From assembly GCA_964016885.1 (NCBI GenBank), contig OZ024743.1, forward strand, positions 266,476,001 through 266,540,000: a DNA stretch of 64,000 nucleotides, given 5' to 3'. The position numbers and the translations under genes were made by a program. Of this stretch, positions 1-12,898 are shown one piece after another. The first letter of the stretch is position 1; the number at the start of each line of letters is the position of its first letter. Under the pieces are notes generated by a model. It saw only the letters and a program-made list of their open reading frames with translations. It made no database searches and had not been told where the DNA came from. Origin of the DNA: Eledone cirrhosa (Eukaryota).

Positions 1-3000
1 AGAAACATCCCGAAAACAGAGGCTATATTGACAGTAACAAACTAGCCAATATACGAAGAAATATTGTAAGAAAAAAGTTACTAACTAATATAGAAATTGA
101 TCAGATCAAGCTATTAGCACAAAGTCAGCGAAGGGAAAAAGAAACATGTGTCAGTGAAAACGAGGTAAATTGTAACACTTCGAATCCCAGGGTTAGGGCG
201 GAATCACTGGCAACAGAACAAATTAAAGAAAGGATCGAAAAAGTGGAGGGAGTGCATGCTCAAGATGAAACTCCAAATGAAAATAATGAGATCGTAAATG
301 ATAAAGAAATGAATGAGAATGAACTTGCCAACTTGAAGGATGAAATTATGATCGAATGGATGAAAATGAAAGAATCTGACATGGGGCAACGAGACACCTT
401 CCCTAAGATCCAAAACTCCAAACAGAGCCAAAAGATAATACACAAGACTAACATAATTCTCAAAAACATTATCATCACAAACAAACTAAACATTACTGTT
501 TTAAATCATCTCTATTATGCATCGGCTAAAGTCACCACTCACTTATGTGGAGTGAAGATGAAAAAACAAAGGAATTCCCACAAGAAATCTACTTGGCAAG
601 AGAACATCAATCGCCAAATAAACCTTCTTCGATCTGACAGAAATTTTAACAAACTGTAAAGTAGGTGAACATGTTAAACAAACTAAACTTAGAAAATTGA
701 AAAGAAAGTACAGTATAAAATCAACAAGTGACATAGACATGCTGATAGAAATAATCAAGCAAAAAGTGTCGGCCAAAGCTGCTCGTATAAGGCGCTTTGA
801 AAAACGATCTAGATTCTATAAGGACAATAATATGTTCAAAAACAACCAAAGAAACTTCAACAGAAAAATTGGTAAGTCAACAATAACTGCTAAATCAATA
901 CCACCCAAGGAGGAAGTGCAAGAATTCTGGGAAAAGATCTGGGCCGAGAAAAAGTTCATAACATACATGCCCCATGGATAGACAGACAAATAGAAGATAC
1001 AGCTCACCTTGAGGAACAAATATGGGAAAATATAACAGTTGAACAGTTGCGCTTGGCTCTAAGAAAAACCAGCAAATGGAAATCCCCAGGAAAAGACAAA
1101 ATATCAAAACTTTTGGATAAATGCCTTCACAGAGTCTCATGAACTGTTAGCCCAACTTTACAATGAAATAGTTAAGGAGCCAGAAAAGATACCATCATGC
1201 CTAGTTAACGGCATTACATTCCTGCTTCCGAAGAATGATGAGACAAACAATCCCAAAAATTACAGACCGATAACTTGCTTGACCACAATTTATAAAATGT
1301 TAACATCTGTCCTAACTGAATACACATATGACCACCTGATAACAAATGACCTATTTCCCATTGAGCAGAAAGGGTGTAAACGAGGCTCATATGGCTGTAA
1401 GGATCAGCTTTTGTTTAACAAAATGATACTGGAAGATTGTCATAATAGACACAAAAATCTATCGATTTCTTGGATAGATTATAAAAAAGCATTCGATAGT
1501 TTGCCACACAGTTGGATTGAAAAATGTTTAGAGATTTTCAAAATATCCCCCGTTGTCAGGAGGTTTTTGTCATTCAGTATGAAGACATGGAAAACGACAC
1601 TCCTTTTGAATAGTGAAACAAAATCACTGGAAGCTGGAGAAGTTAATATTAATTGTAGAATTTTTCAGGGTGACTCTTTATCACCGCTTTTATTCCGCAT
1701 CGCGCTTATACCATTAAGTAAATTGCTCAATGAGACAAAACATGGATATAAAGTCTATGACAAAACCATTAATCACTTGTTCTACATGGATGACCTGAAA
1801 CTATTTGCAAAAAATGATGAACAATTGCAAGGGCTATTATCCACTGTGGAGCAGTTCAGTGATGACATTAAAATGGAGTTTGGACTAGATAAATGCGCCA
1901 AAGCAACGTTCACCAGAGGAAAGCTGCTGAAGAGTTCAGACATTAATCTTGATCGGGGGAACGTGATAAGAGAACTTGATCAAGGAAAACTTACAAATAT
2001 CAAGGTGTTTGTGAAGGAGACGGAATCAAGCACTCGACAATGAGGGAAAGGATAAGGAAGGAATGTTACCGCAGAGTAAGAGCAATCTTAAGAACGGAAT
2101 TGAATGCAAGGAATAGGATCGATGCCATAAACACGCTTGCCATACCAGTAGTAACCTACAGTTACAATGTCATCAACTGGTCAAGCACAGAGATCCGTAG
2201 GCTCGATACAAAAATTCGAAAATTCTTAACCATGCACAGAATGCATCACCCTAAGGCAGATATCGATAGAATATATCTCCCTAGGAAAGAAGGAGGACGT
2301 GGGTTAATCCAGTTAGACATTGCGTTGAAAACTGCAACAATTGGATTATCTACATATCTAAGGGAATCACATGATTGGATGATCAAACTCGTTTTGAAAC
2401 ACGAAAGCATCAAAAGATCATATTCCATTACAAAAGATGCACAAAGATACAGTAATGGACTACAAATTTCAGAAGTCCCATTTACTGCTGAAATGGAAAA
2501 CACAGAAAAAGCAAAGCAGGTAAAAGTAACTGCAAAGAAAGAACTGCTACAGAAACTGGCTAAGAAATGGCAAGAAAAGCCTCTGTATGGAAAATACCCA
2601 GAACGAGCTAACAATCCTGATGTTGACAAAACTTTAACCCATCAGTGGTTGGCATCCTCTGGACTGAAATCGGAGACTGAAGGACTGATTATATCAGCAC
2701 AAGATCAGTGTCTGCCAACAAAAAATTACCAAGCCAACATAATAAAAAATGGATGCAGCCCATTATGCCGTGTATGCAAAAAACAACCAGAGACCATTGA
2801 CTAATTGATATGTCTGTTCCAATAGGCAAGAATGTATCTATAAAAACATTTGAAAAATTGAGCAAGTATAAGGACCTGTAGATAGAAATTGGAAAAATGT
2901 GGAAATTGAGAACTAAAACAATACCAGTGGTTGTAGGCGCTCTGGGAATGATACCTAAGGGGTCTAATGATTACTTATCGAAGATCCCAGGAAACCCGCG

Positions 3001-3213
3001 TATAGGAGAAATACAAAAGATAGTACTAATGGGAACTGCCCATATACTAAGGAAGATTCTGTCAATATAAGTACATCACAAGTCTAAACACTAAAGATGC
3101 ATGTGTGAGTATGTATGTTCTTTCTTGAACATGGCGGACCTTGTTGTCTCTTGAGGTCACTGGTTGTGACTTGGTGATAACTCGTATGAACATAAAGCAA
3201 GATAAATGCAACT

Positions 3214-3214
<1 letters not shown>
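1..3214 (+). mobile_element. Dong/R4-like RLE non-LTR retrotransposon, family A, copy 1 (decayed; 5' end lies outside the window)
   Basis: ORF fragments 243-659, 697-981, 1279-2043 and 2040-2804 carry RT motifs [37 protein letters not shown] and MEFGLDKCA, plus CRVC. A deletion of about 262 bp at ~2801 (relative to copy 2) removes the HxxxxC/RHD/PD region. The C-terminus (IPVVVGALG...ILRKILSI) and 3'UTR run into (TAA)n. Confidence 0.92.

Positions 3215-3275
<61 letters not shown>
3215..3275 (+). repeat. (TAA)n tract, 61 bp, tail-to-tail junction of Dong-A and Tx1-B
   Basis: Read directly. Confidence 0.97.
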
Positions 3276-3276
<1 letters not shown>

Positions 3277-3519
3277 TTTTCTTTATTAACCACAAGGGTT
3301 CACATAAAGTAGACATTAAGGACAGTACAGGACAATACAGGACGGTACAAATGGGCATTTCTGCGTGTAAAAAAAACGGAGGTTGAAATAAAATAACAAA
3401 GAAAAATTCCCCAATAGGGGGGAGACTTCCAAGGGACATTTGTGGAGAAAGCCCATTAAAAGACCACAGTGGCCCTGACCACCAGGGCAAGTGCCCTCTC
3501 CCAGTTTTCCACCTTTAAT

Positions 3520-6500
3520 TTACAGACACATACTCAGAGAAGGCCCATTCATTCGGGCCATACTTGCTTCTCTCACCCATCTTTCAACAAAATGCTGGGA
3601 AGAGAGCACTTCCCTCTCTACCCTGATTTTCCTTTTCAAATGAAATTTGAAAAAGTTAATCAGGGCATCACCGAAGAGGTAAGTGCTCGTCTTCAGCCCT
3701 TTCAAACGTGTCCACCATACTATATCTTTCGCCATGGCCACCAGACAGATAAAAACTGCCTGCCCTTCCAGGCTAAAGAAAGGGGCGGGGCAATCCTCAC
3801 GATGGACTCAGCTGATAGCTGGATCCGTCCTACACGTGACAGCAGGTGTTCGACATAAACCCACAAGTCAGCAATGCTCGGACACTGGATGAGTGCGTGC
3901 AGGACGGTTTCGTCGCCCTGCGCGCATCTCGGACATGCCCGGCTGACGGCACCTCCATGCCTGTAGAGTTTATCCCGAACTGGCAAAGCTCCTCGGTAGC
4001 ACTGCCAGGCCAGGGATTTCTGGAAGTTGTCATTGGCCCCGGCCCGAAAGTCCTTCCGAAGAGATTGGCTAGTTGATTTTCGTCGACGCCTAGAGTTTCT
4101 CCAAGTACGTCGTCGCTCTTCCCCTCCACTAATCCCCTATAGAACGCCAAGGTGGAGTTTCCACCGATCACATTGCCCGATTGGTCGAGGGCTGTGAGCG
4201 CCTGAAGACATTCCAGTCTCCAAGCGCTCCCTCTCGGTCTTCGCTTGACCCAGGACTGCAGCTCCGTCAAGGAGACGAGCTGGGGAAAAACGTGTCTTGC
4301 AAACGGCGACCACACCTGATCACCGTCGAGGAAGAGGTGGAGATGTCGTAGCCTGAGCGCGTGTCTGCGCATCATCAGCCACGGCATGCCCAGCCCTCCA
4401 CGTAGCGGGTGTTGACAGCAGATGGACCGCCTGACCATCGGAGCGCGTCCCTTCCACAAGAAGCGAAAGAGCAAACGCTCCGGCGCAGTCAGGCGGGGCT
4501 TAGGACAAGGTACGACGGTCAGGCGGTAGTAGATGACGGATGCGATGTACGCATTCGCCACCTCCGCTCGTCCTTTCAGGGATAGCTTCCTCTCCGCCCA
4601 TTTCTGGGTGAGAGAAGCCACCCTGCTCGTCACCTCGTCCCAGTTTTTGTCCGTCTGGAGGTCTGGACCGAACCAGACCCCTAGCAATTTAACCGGTCCG
4701 TCCGTCCAGCGCCCGACGACGCTGTTGGACGGCATGGACCTGCCTCTCCAGGTGCCGAGCTGCAGGCCCACTGACTTTTCCTGGTTGATCATTGCTCCTG
4801 TCACCGCTTCGTATTCTCTTAGTGTAGTGCCGATCGCCTCGATGTGTTTGGCGTTCGACACCACTACGGTGACATCGTCGGCATATGCTGACACGGATCT
4901 TCCGCATCCTAGTTCGCGCGGGACCCCCCTCAACGTCTCCAGTTTGTGCAGTAATGGCTCGAGAGTCAATACGTACAATAGGGACGAGAGAGGACATCCT
5001 TGGCGGACCGAGCGCATGATGTTGAACGGTTCCGAAAGGTGACCGTTCACTCTCACTACAGAGCAGATGTCGCTGTGCATGGCAGCGATCCAGCCTCTGA
5101 AGACGGGCCCAAAGCCAGCCGCCCTCAGGACTGCCTCTAGGTAACGATGGTCGACCCTATCGAAGGCTTTCGACTGATCTAAATTGATCAAAGACCCACC
5201 CGTGCCAGCTTCCTTAGCTACCCTCTCTACGATGTATCGCATGAGGTGGAGGTTGTTGTGGATGGATCTGTCGGGAATGGCGCATGTCTGTGCCTCTCCC
5301 ACCAGACCACCAACGACAAGCGCCAACCTCTTTGCTAGCACCTTGGCCAAAATCTTGAACTCTGTGTTTAGCAAAGTTATGGGCCTAAAATGATCTATGT
5401 TATCCCCCTTGTTCGGATCCTTTCTCAGCAGCGCCACCGCTCCTCGGCTCACAGAGCTGGGAATTCTCCCGTTCTGTTGCCAGTTGCAGTAGACGTCCGC
5501 CAAGAGGCCTCCGAACAAGTTTGGCATTTGTACGTAAAGTTCATAGGGCAGACCATCCAAACCAGGCGATTTACCCCTTGTGCAACTAGGCATTGCATCC
5601 CGTACTTCAGCGGTTGTTATCGGCTTTTCGCAACACTCCGCCTCAGTGGCCGAAAGCCGCGGCAGTCCGTCGAGGTAGACACTAAAGTCCATCCCTTGAT
5701 CCGGCCCGCCACTGCCCCCGAACAGTTGAGCGAAGTGTCGCTGAAAAGCTTCACACATTTGCCCGGGATCGAGTAGCATGCGCCCGTCGTGGTCCACCAA
5801 AGACCGGATCGTGGCTTTGTGGCCACGACGCGCCTCCGCCACTCGGGCCCATTGAACGGCTTTCGTCCCCTCGTGTCTGAGAGCACGCACCCTAGCTCTG
5901 ACAACGCAGCCTTCGTGCTTTGCATTGAAGAATTGGTCAAGGGCCAATTTCGCCGCAAGTACGTCGGTCGCGATGCCTTTGCTAAGCGCCTCATCTAATT
6001 TTCTAACTAATTCTCCCTCTGCTCTATTTTTCTCTATTGCTAAAGTCTTACTAAACCTAATGGACTCTATTCTAATTGCTCTTTTCAAGCAAACCACCAC
6101 TTGTTGTTGACGATGGCCCCCGTCAACGCCCGCTTAACTAGTTCGCTAATCCGGTCTCTGTAGGCCTTGCGCGCTGGTAAGGACGCGTTTAGCTTCCAGT
6201 AGCCGGGTCCTTGTCTATGAAGCCTATCTAAGTCAAGCACACAGATCACGAATTTGTGGTCCGTGTAGCTGACTATCTTGAATTGTGGACAGCTTATGCT
6301 AGACCTATCTATTTCCCTACAAAATACTCTATCTAGATATGATCTGGATGACCCTATGCGATTTGTCCAAGTCCACATTGGTACATTCGGGAAATCCATT
6401 CGGTACCTGTCAGACAGTTCAAAACGTCTGAGCAGGTTGGTGAGACTCTTGCACCCTCCTTCCTTATCCACTAATCCCACACAATCCCAGCGTGCATCTA

Positions 6501-6935
6501 AGATCCCGTTACAGTCGCCCACTAACACTAAAGAGCGGGACGTTCCAAGAAAGGTCTCCAGACGCCGGAAGAAATCAGGCCGCCCTGCTCCTGTCGGGGC
6601 ATAGACGGCCACTAACCTGAAAGCTTACCCGTCTCCGCTGGTCACGTCCAGCACCACCAACTTACCTTCTGGGTCCAGGAAGATGGCCCGTATGGCAAGA
6701 TCCAAACCTCTCCGAAAAAGCACAGCAACTCCTCCCCCGATCCCGGACGGCTGGGAGATGCGTACACATCGTAGCCGCCGAAGATCGGTGCGAAAGCCTG
6801 TGCTTCGGAGATTCTGGTCTCGCTGATGGCCACTACATCTATGTTTAGTGACCTGAGGTCGTTGAGCAGGTGGCCCTGCTTCCATGACGACCCCAAGCCA
6901 CGCGCATTTATGCTGCCTATTCTGAGTGAGGTCAT
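3520..6935 (-). pseudogene. Tx1-B ORF2 (APE-RT-zf), disrupted
   Basis: ATG at 6935. Frameshifts near 6735, 6087 and 4035, and a CAA>TAA stop near 6626, relative to the intact ORF2 at 9444-12863. Confidence 0.9.
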
Positions 6936-6969
6936 GTTGAAAAGGAGTGGAAAAGATGGGAAAGACATC

Positions 6970-8933
6970 TTACCTTACTTCTCGTAGGGGAAGGACGGCT
7001 TTTCCATCCTTTTCACTGCTTGTGGCCTCCTCAGGAAGGATGTCCTTATAAATCCTCCTGGAGAGTGCTTGTCGGAAGTCTCTGATGTCTTTGGGGAATT
7101 TTTGTTTTAGTGTCATGTACGTTTTCTGTGTGATGCGAGTGATTTGTATGTGTGGAGGTGGTGTGAATTTTGGGGTTGTTGTGTAGTCTTTTTCTGTGAT
7201 GCTGGTGTTGTGTTGGATGTAGTGTAATAATTGCTTGTTGTTCAAATTTAATGCTGTGTAGTGTGTATCGTTTTGGTTGTTTTGTTTTGTTTGCGTTTGT
7301 TGTGGGTTTGTTTCTATTTCGCATTTTGGTGACTTTTGTGGTGTAGGTGATGGTGGCGTTGGAGTTAATGATGGTGATGGTGTTGGTGTTTGGGTTGATG
7401 GGGTTGGTGATGCTGGTGTGGATGGTGGCATATCTGTCCTAACCTTTTTGTTTCTTAGTTTATTTGTTTCCCTCTGTATTTTGTTTTTGGAGGGGGAAGG
7501 AAGAGAATTTTTTCTTTTTTGGTATCTTTTTTTTTTTCCGGATATCGTTTCCCACTCCTCGTCGTCACAATCTGTCTCCAGTTGTGATAGGCCGGGGAGT
7601 GGAAAATCCTCCACAGCCGTTAGTTTTGCTTGTGGTGTGGTGGATGGTGTAGGTGCTGGTGCTAGTTCTGAAGCGTTGGGTGGTGGTGGTGTTGGTTTTG
7701 CTGGTGGTGGTAGTGGTGTTGGTTTTGCTACTGTTGCTGGGGTTGTTGCTGTTATAGTTGCTTCTGTTGTTGCTGCTACAGTTGTTGCTGCCATCTCTGC
7801 TACTGGTGGTGTTGATGGTTGTGTCACTGGGGTGGGTAGGAGAGGTGGCCTCAACCTTTTAGCCTGAGGGCAGAAAGCCCTTAGGTGGGTTCCTTCACCA
7901 CAAACGACACACCTAGGTCTTCTGCCCTCGACAATTACCGTGAGGTGGCTGCCGTCGTTGAGGTCTATTACCTCTGGGATCTCCTCAATGCTTTTTTGGT
8001 CCACTTGGATCAGGAGCTCCATCCCAGATCCGGACCAGTTTTCCTGCTTTTCTTTTGCTACTGCTATTATTTTCGTGTTGGCTTCGATGCCGGCGAGGAG
8101 ACAGCCGCTATTAGCCAGGGAATTTCGATGGCCGGTGGAACGTGGGTCACCCTGATCTTTACGAGTCTCTGGCCACAATAGCTTGGGACGAGTGTGAGGT
8201 CGTCACTTTTTAATGGGGCCATGGAGTGTTCTCTAGCCTCCTCTGGTGTTTCAAAGAACACATCCACGGTTCCATACTTTTGCCCACGTCTGATGTGGGT
8301 TTTTCTTGCCCACACATGTCCCAAAGCTTTTTGGATTTGGGACTCGGATGCCCGTTCCACTCGGCGCGATTTTACATTTATTGTTCTATACGACACGGTG
8401 CACAGGCGCCGATGCTCCATTTTATTAGGTGGGGGGGTGAGGCTGACCCTGTACCCATCTTTCTTTACCATTTGTTTGGCATTTTCTAAATCTTCTTGAG
8501 TTACCGTGAACGCTTCGAATTGTTTTGCTACGATGGCGAAACTGAGGGTCGGTTTTATAATGTCATTGTTGTTGTTGTTGCTATCGTTAATATTAATTTT
8601 ATTTTCAGTTGTGGTGGTGGTGACGTCAGTCGTCTTTGGTGGGGAAGAGTCCATTTTGCTTGATTTCATTTCGACGTCACGAGTTAATTTATTTTTTTCT
8701 TCTTTTGTTTCTGTTGTCGCGGTGGTGGTGGTGGTGGTGGAGGGTTTAACACCTGCAGTCATTGGTAATGGCGGGAAATGAATGTCTGCCTGAGACAAAT
8801 TTAAAATATTGCTACTGCTTATATTTTTTTTTGTGTTGGCAAACGTAGTAACATTTACAATGGTGGTGTCGGTGTGAGGTGTTATTTTGTGAGGAAGGCT
8901 TTCAGCTGCTTCGTGCAGAGGGGAATTAGCCAT
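6970..8933 (-). pseudogene. Tx1-B ORF1 (RRM-like core, CVVCGEGTHLRAFC zinc knuckle, Pro/Thr-rich region); frameshift near 8100
   Basis: ORF pieces 8067-8933 and 6970-8178. Homologous to the ORF1 at 12899-14995. Confidence 0.85.
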
Positions 8934-9142
8934 TTTTTTTCAAAGAAATTTTTGGATAATAATAAAAGTTAAAATTTTGGGCACAAGGCCCCAATCTTTT
9001 TGGGTGTCCTTTTCGGAAAACAATGTATGTGTACTTATAAACAGTTTACAATAAAATTTTCCATAAATGGCAATTTTTAAACAAACGGAAATAACAAACC
9101 TTTGCGGAGCTCACGATAATACGATTTCCTACGTAGGTCGCC

Positions 9143-9181
<39 letters not shown>
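9143..9181 (+). repeat. (AAT)13 tract, junction of Tx1-B head and Tx1-A tail
   Basis: Read directly. Confidence 0.97.
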
Positions 9182-9182
<1 letters not shown>

Positions 9183-9443
9183 TTTTCTTTATTAACCACA
9201 AGGGTTCACATAAAGTAGACATTAAGGACAGTACAGGACAATACAGGACGGTACAAATGGGCATTTCTGCGTGTAAAAAAACAAAAACAGAGGATGTAAC
9301 AAAAATAACAATGAAAATAACAATGAAAAATTCCCCAATAGGGGGGAGACTTCGGAGGGACATTTGTGGAGAAAGCCCAGTAAAAAGCCACAATGACCCT
9401 GACCACCAAGGCAAGTGCCCTCTCCCAGTTTTCCACCTTTAGT

Positions 9444-12400
9444 TTACAGATATATACTCAGAGTCGGCCCATTCACTCGGGCCATTCTTGCTTCTCTCAC
9501 CCATCTTTCAACAAAATGCTGGGAAGAGAGCACTTCCTTCTCTACTCTGATTTTCCTTTTCAAATGAAATTTGAAAAAGTCAATCAGAGCATCACCGAAG
9601 AGGTAAGTGCTCGTCTTCAGCCCTTTCAAACGTGTCCACCATACTATCTCTTTCGCCATGGCCACCAGACAGATAAAAACTGCCTGCCCTTCCCGGCTAA
9701 AGGAGGAGGGCGGGGCAATCCTCACGATAGACTCAGATGATAGCTGGATCCGTCCTAAACGCGACAGCAGGTGTTCGACATAAACCCACAAGTCAGCAAT
9801 TTTCGGACACTGGACGAGTGCGTGCAGGACGGTTTCGTCGCCCTGCGCGCATCTCGGACATGCCCGGCTGACGGCACCTCCATGCCTGTAGAGTTTATCC
9901 CGAACTGGCAAGGCTCCTCGGTAGCACTGCCAGGCCAGAGATTTCTGGAAGTTGTCCATAGGCCCTGGCCCGAAAGTTCTTCCGAAGAGATTGGCTAGTT
10001 GATTTTCGTCGACGCCTAGAGTTTCCCCAAGTACGTCGTCGCTCTTCCCCTCCACTAATCCTCTATAGAACGCCGAGGTGGAGTTTCCACCGATCACATT
10101 GCCCGATTGGTCGAGGGCTGTGAGCGCCTGAAGACATTCCAGTCTCCAGGCGCTCCCTCTCGGTCTTCGCTTGACCCAGGACTGCAGCTCCGTCAAGGAA
10201 ACGAGCTGGGGAAAAACGCGTCTAGCAAACGGCGACCACACCTGATCACCGTCGAGGAAGAGGTGGAGATGTCGTAGCCTGAGCGCGTGCCTGCACATCA
10301 TCAGCCACGGCATGCCCAGCCCTCCACGTAGCGGGTGTTGACAACAGATGGACCGCCTGACCATCGGAGCACGTCCCTTCCACAAAAAGCGAAAGAGCAA
10401 ACGCTCCAGCGCAGTCAGGCGAGGCTTAGGACAAGGTACGACGGTTAGGCGGTAGCAGATGACAGACGCGATGTACGCGTTAGCCACCTCCGCTCGACCT
10501 TTCAGGGATAGCTTCCTCTCCGCCCATTTCTGGGTGAGAGAAGCCACCCTGCTCGTCACCTCGTCCCAGTTTTTGTCCGTCTGGAGGTCCGGACCGAACC
10601 AGACCCCTAGCAATTTAACCGGTCCGTCCGTCCAGCGCCCGACGACGCTGTTGGACGGCATGGACCTGCCTCTCCAGGTGCCGAGCTGCAGGCCCACTGA
10701 CTTTTCCTGGTTGATCATTGCTCCTGTCACCGCTTCGTATTCTCTTAGTGTAGTGCCGATCGCCTCGATGTGTTTGGCGTTCGACACCACTACGGTGACA
10801 TCGTCCGCATATGCTGACACGGATCTTCCGCATCCTAGTTCGCGCGGGACTCCCCTCAACGTCTCCAGTTTGTGCAGTAATGGCTCGAGAGTCAATACGT
10901 ACAATAGGGACGAGAGGGGACATCCTTGGCGGACCGAGCGCATGATGTTGAACGGTTCCGACAGGTGACCGTTCACTCTCACCACAGAGCAGATGTCGCT
11001 GTGCATGGCAGCGATCCAGCCTCTGAAGACGGGCCCAAAGCCAGCCGCCCTCAGGACTGCCGCTAGGTAACGATGGTCGACCCTATCGAAAGCTTTCGAC
11101 TGATCTAAATTGATCAAGGACCCACCCGTGCCAGGTTCCCTAGCTACCCTCTCTACGATGTATCGCATGAGGTGGAGGTTGTCGTGGATGGATCTGTCGG
11201 GAATGGCGCATGTCTGCGCCTCTCCCACCAGACCACCAACGACAAGCGCCAACCTCTTTGCTAGCACCTTGGCCAAAATCTTAAACTCTGTGTTTAGCAG
11301 AGTTATGGGCCGGAAATTGTCTATGTTATCCCCCTTGTTCGGATCCTTTCTCAGCAGTGCCACCGCTCCTCGGCTCACAGAACTGGGAATTCTCCCGTTC
11401 TGTTGCCAGTTGCAGTAGACGTCCGCCAAGAGGCCTCCGAACAAGTCTGGCATCTGTACGTAAAGTTCATAGGGCAGACCATCCAAACCAGGCGATTTAC
11501 CCCTTGTGCAGCCAGTCATTGCCTCCCGTACTTCAGCGGCTGTTATCGGCTTTTCGCAACACTTCGCCTCAGTGGCCGAGAGCCGCGGCAGTCCGTCGAG
11601 GTAGACACTAAAGTCCATCCCTCTACCCGGCCCCCCGCTGCCCCCGAACAGCTGAGCGAAGTGTCGCTGAAAAGCTTCACACATTTGCCCGGGATCGAGT
11701 AGCATGCGCCCGTCGTGGTCCACCAAAGACCGGATCGTGGCTTTGTTGCCACGACGCGCCTCCGCCACTCGGGCCCATTGAACGGCTTTCGTCCCCTCGT
11801 GTCTGAGAGCACGCACCCTAGCTCTGACAACGCAGCCTTCGTGCTTTGCATTGAAGAATTGGTCAAGGGCCAATTTCGCCGCAAGCACGTCGGTCGCAAT
11901 GCCTTTGCTAAGCGCCTCGTCTAATTTTCTAACTAGTTCTCCCTCTGCTCTATTTTTCTCTATTGCTAAAGCCTTACTAAACCTAATCGATTCTATTCTA
12001 ATCGCTCTTTTCAGAGCAAACCACCACTTGTTGTTGACGATGGCCCCCGTCAACGCCCGCTTAACTAGTTCGCTAATCCGGTCTCTGTAGGCCTTGCGCG
12101 CTGGTAAGGACGCGTTTAGCTTCCAGTAGCCGGGTCCTCGTCTATGAAGCCTATCTAAGTCAAGCACACAGGTCACGAATTTGTGGTCCGTGTAGCTGAC
12201 TATCTTGAATTGTGGACAGCCTATGCTAGACCTATCTATTTCCCTACAAAATACTCTATCTAGATATGATCTGGATGACCCTATGCGGTTTGTCCAAGTC
12301 CACATTGGCACATTCGGGAAATCCAATCGGTACCTGTCAGACAGTTCAAAACGCCTGAGCAGGTTGGTGAGGCTCTTGCACCCTCCACCCCTATCCGCTA

Positions 12401-12863
12401 ATCCCACACAGTCCCAGCGTGCATCTAAGATCCCGTTCCAGTCGCCCACTAACACTAAAGAGCGGGACGTTCCAAGAAAGGTCTCCAGACGCCGGAAGAA
12501 ATCAGGCCGCCCTGCTCCTGTCGGGGCATAGACGGCCACTAGCCTGAAAGCTTGCCCGTCTCCGCTGGTCACGTCCAGCACCACCAGTTTACCCTCTGGG
12601 TCCAGGAAGATGGCCCGTATGGCGAGATCCAAACCTCTCCGAAAAAGCACAGCAACTCCTCCACCCGATCCAGGACGGCTGGGAGATGCGTACACATCGT
12701 AGCCGCCGAAGATCGGTGCGAAGGCCCGTGCTTCGGAGATTCTGGTCTCGCTGATGGCCACTACATCTATGTTTAGTGACCTGAGGTCGTTGAGCAGGTG
12801 ACCCTGCTTCCATGACGACCCCAAGCCACGCGCATTTATGCTGCCTATTCTGAGTGAGGTCAT
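9444..12863 (-). CDS. ORF2, 1139 aa: APE endonuclease + reverse transcriptase + C-terminal CxxC...HxxxxC
   Basis: APE motifs SINARG, ISET, VYAP, GDWN, YLDRVF and YTDH. RT motifs KSPGLDG, FRPITLLN, LDQSKAFDRV, RQGCPLS and YADD. C-terminal CPRC...ETVLHALVQC. Confidence 0.96.
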   Translation of the reverse strand: MTSLRIGSINARGLGSSWKQGHLLNDLRSLNIDVVAISETRISEARAFAPIFGGYDVYASPSRPGSGGGVAVLFRRGLDLAIRAIFLDPEGKLVVLDVTSGDGQAFRLVAVYAPTGAGRPDFFRRLETFLGTSRSLVLVGDWNGILDARWDCVGLADRGGGCKSLTNLLRRFELSDRYRLDFPNVPMWTWTNRIGSSRSYLDRVFCREIDRSSIGCPQFKIVSYTDHKFVTCVLDLDRLHRRGPGYWKLNASLPARKAYRDRISELVKRALTGAIVNNKWWFALKRAIRIESIRFSKALAIEKNRAEGELVRKLDEALSKGIATDVLAAKLALDQFFNAKHEGCVVRARVRALRHEGTKAVQWARVAEARRGNKATIRSLVDHDGRMLLDPGQMCEAFQRHFAQLFGGSGGPGRGMDFSVYLDGLPRLSATEAKCCEKPITAAEVREAMTGCTRGKSPGLDGLPYELYVQMPDLFGGLLADVYCNWQQNGRIPSSVSRGAVALLRKDPNKGDNIDNFRPITLLNTEFKILAKVLAKRLALVVGGLVGEAQTCAIPDRSIHDNLHLMRYIVERVAREPGTGGSLINLDQSKAFDRVDHRYLAAVLRAAGFGPVFRGWIAAMHSDICSVVRVNGHLSEPFNIMRSVRQGCPLSSLLYVLTLEPLLHKLETLRGVPRELGCGRSVSAYADDVTVVVSNAKHIEAIGTTLREYEAVTGAMINQEKSVGLQLGTWRGRSMPSNSVVGRWTDGPVKLLGVWFGPDLQTDKNWDEVTSRVASLTQKWAERKLSLKGRAEVANAYIASVICYRLTVVPCPKPRLTALERLLFRFLWKGRAPMVRRSICCQHPLRGGLGMPWLMMCRHALRLRHLHLFLDGDQVWSPFARRVFPQLVSLTELQSWVKRRPRGSAWRLECLQALTALDQSGNVIGGNSTSAFYRGLVEGKSDDVLGETLGVDENQLANLFGRTFGPGPMDNFQKSLAWQCYRGALPVRDKLYRHGGAVSRACPRCAQGDETVLHALVQCPKIADLWVYVEHLLSRLGRIQLSSESIVRIAPPSSFSREGQAVFICLVAMAKEIVWWTRLKGLKTSTYLFGDALIDFFKFHLKRKIRVEKEVLSSQHFVERWVREARMARVNGPTLSIYL

Positions 12864-12898
12864 GTTTAAAATAGAGTGGAAAGGATGGGAAAGACCAC

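Larger units (their letters stand above)
3276..9142 (-). mobile_element. Tx1/L1-clade APE retrotransposon, type B, copy 1 (full length, frameshifted)
   Basis: Starts at ATT|GGCGACC and ends AATAAAGAAAAC|(ATT)n. Contains ORF1 with a CCHC knuckle and ORF2 with APE, RT (YADD) and a C-terminal zinc finger. Confidence 0.93.
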
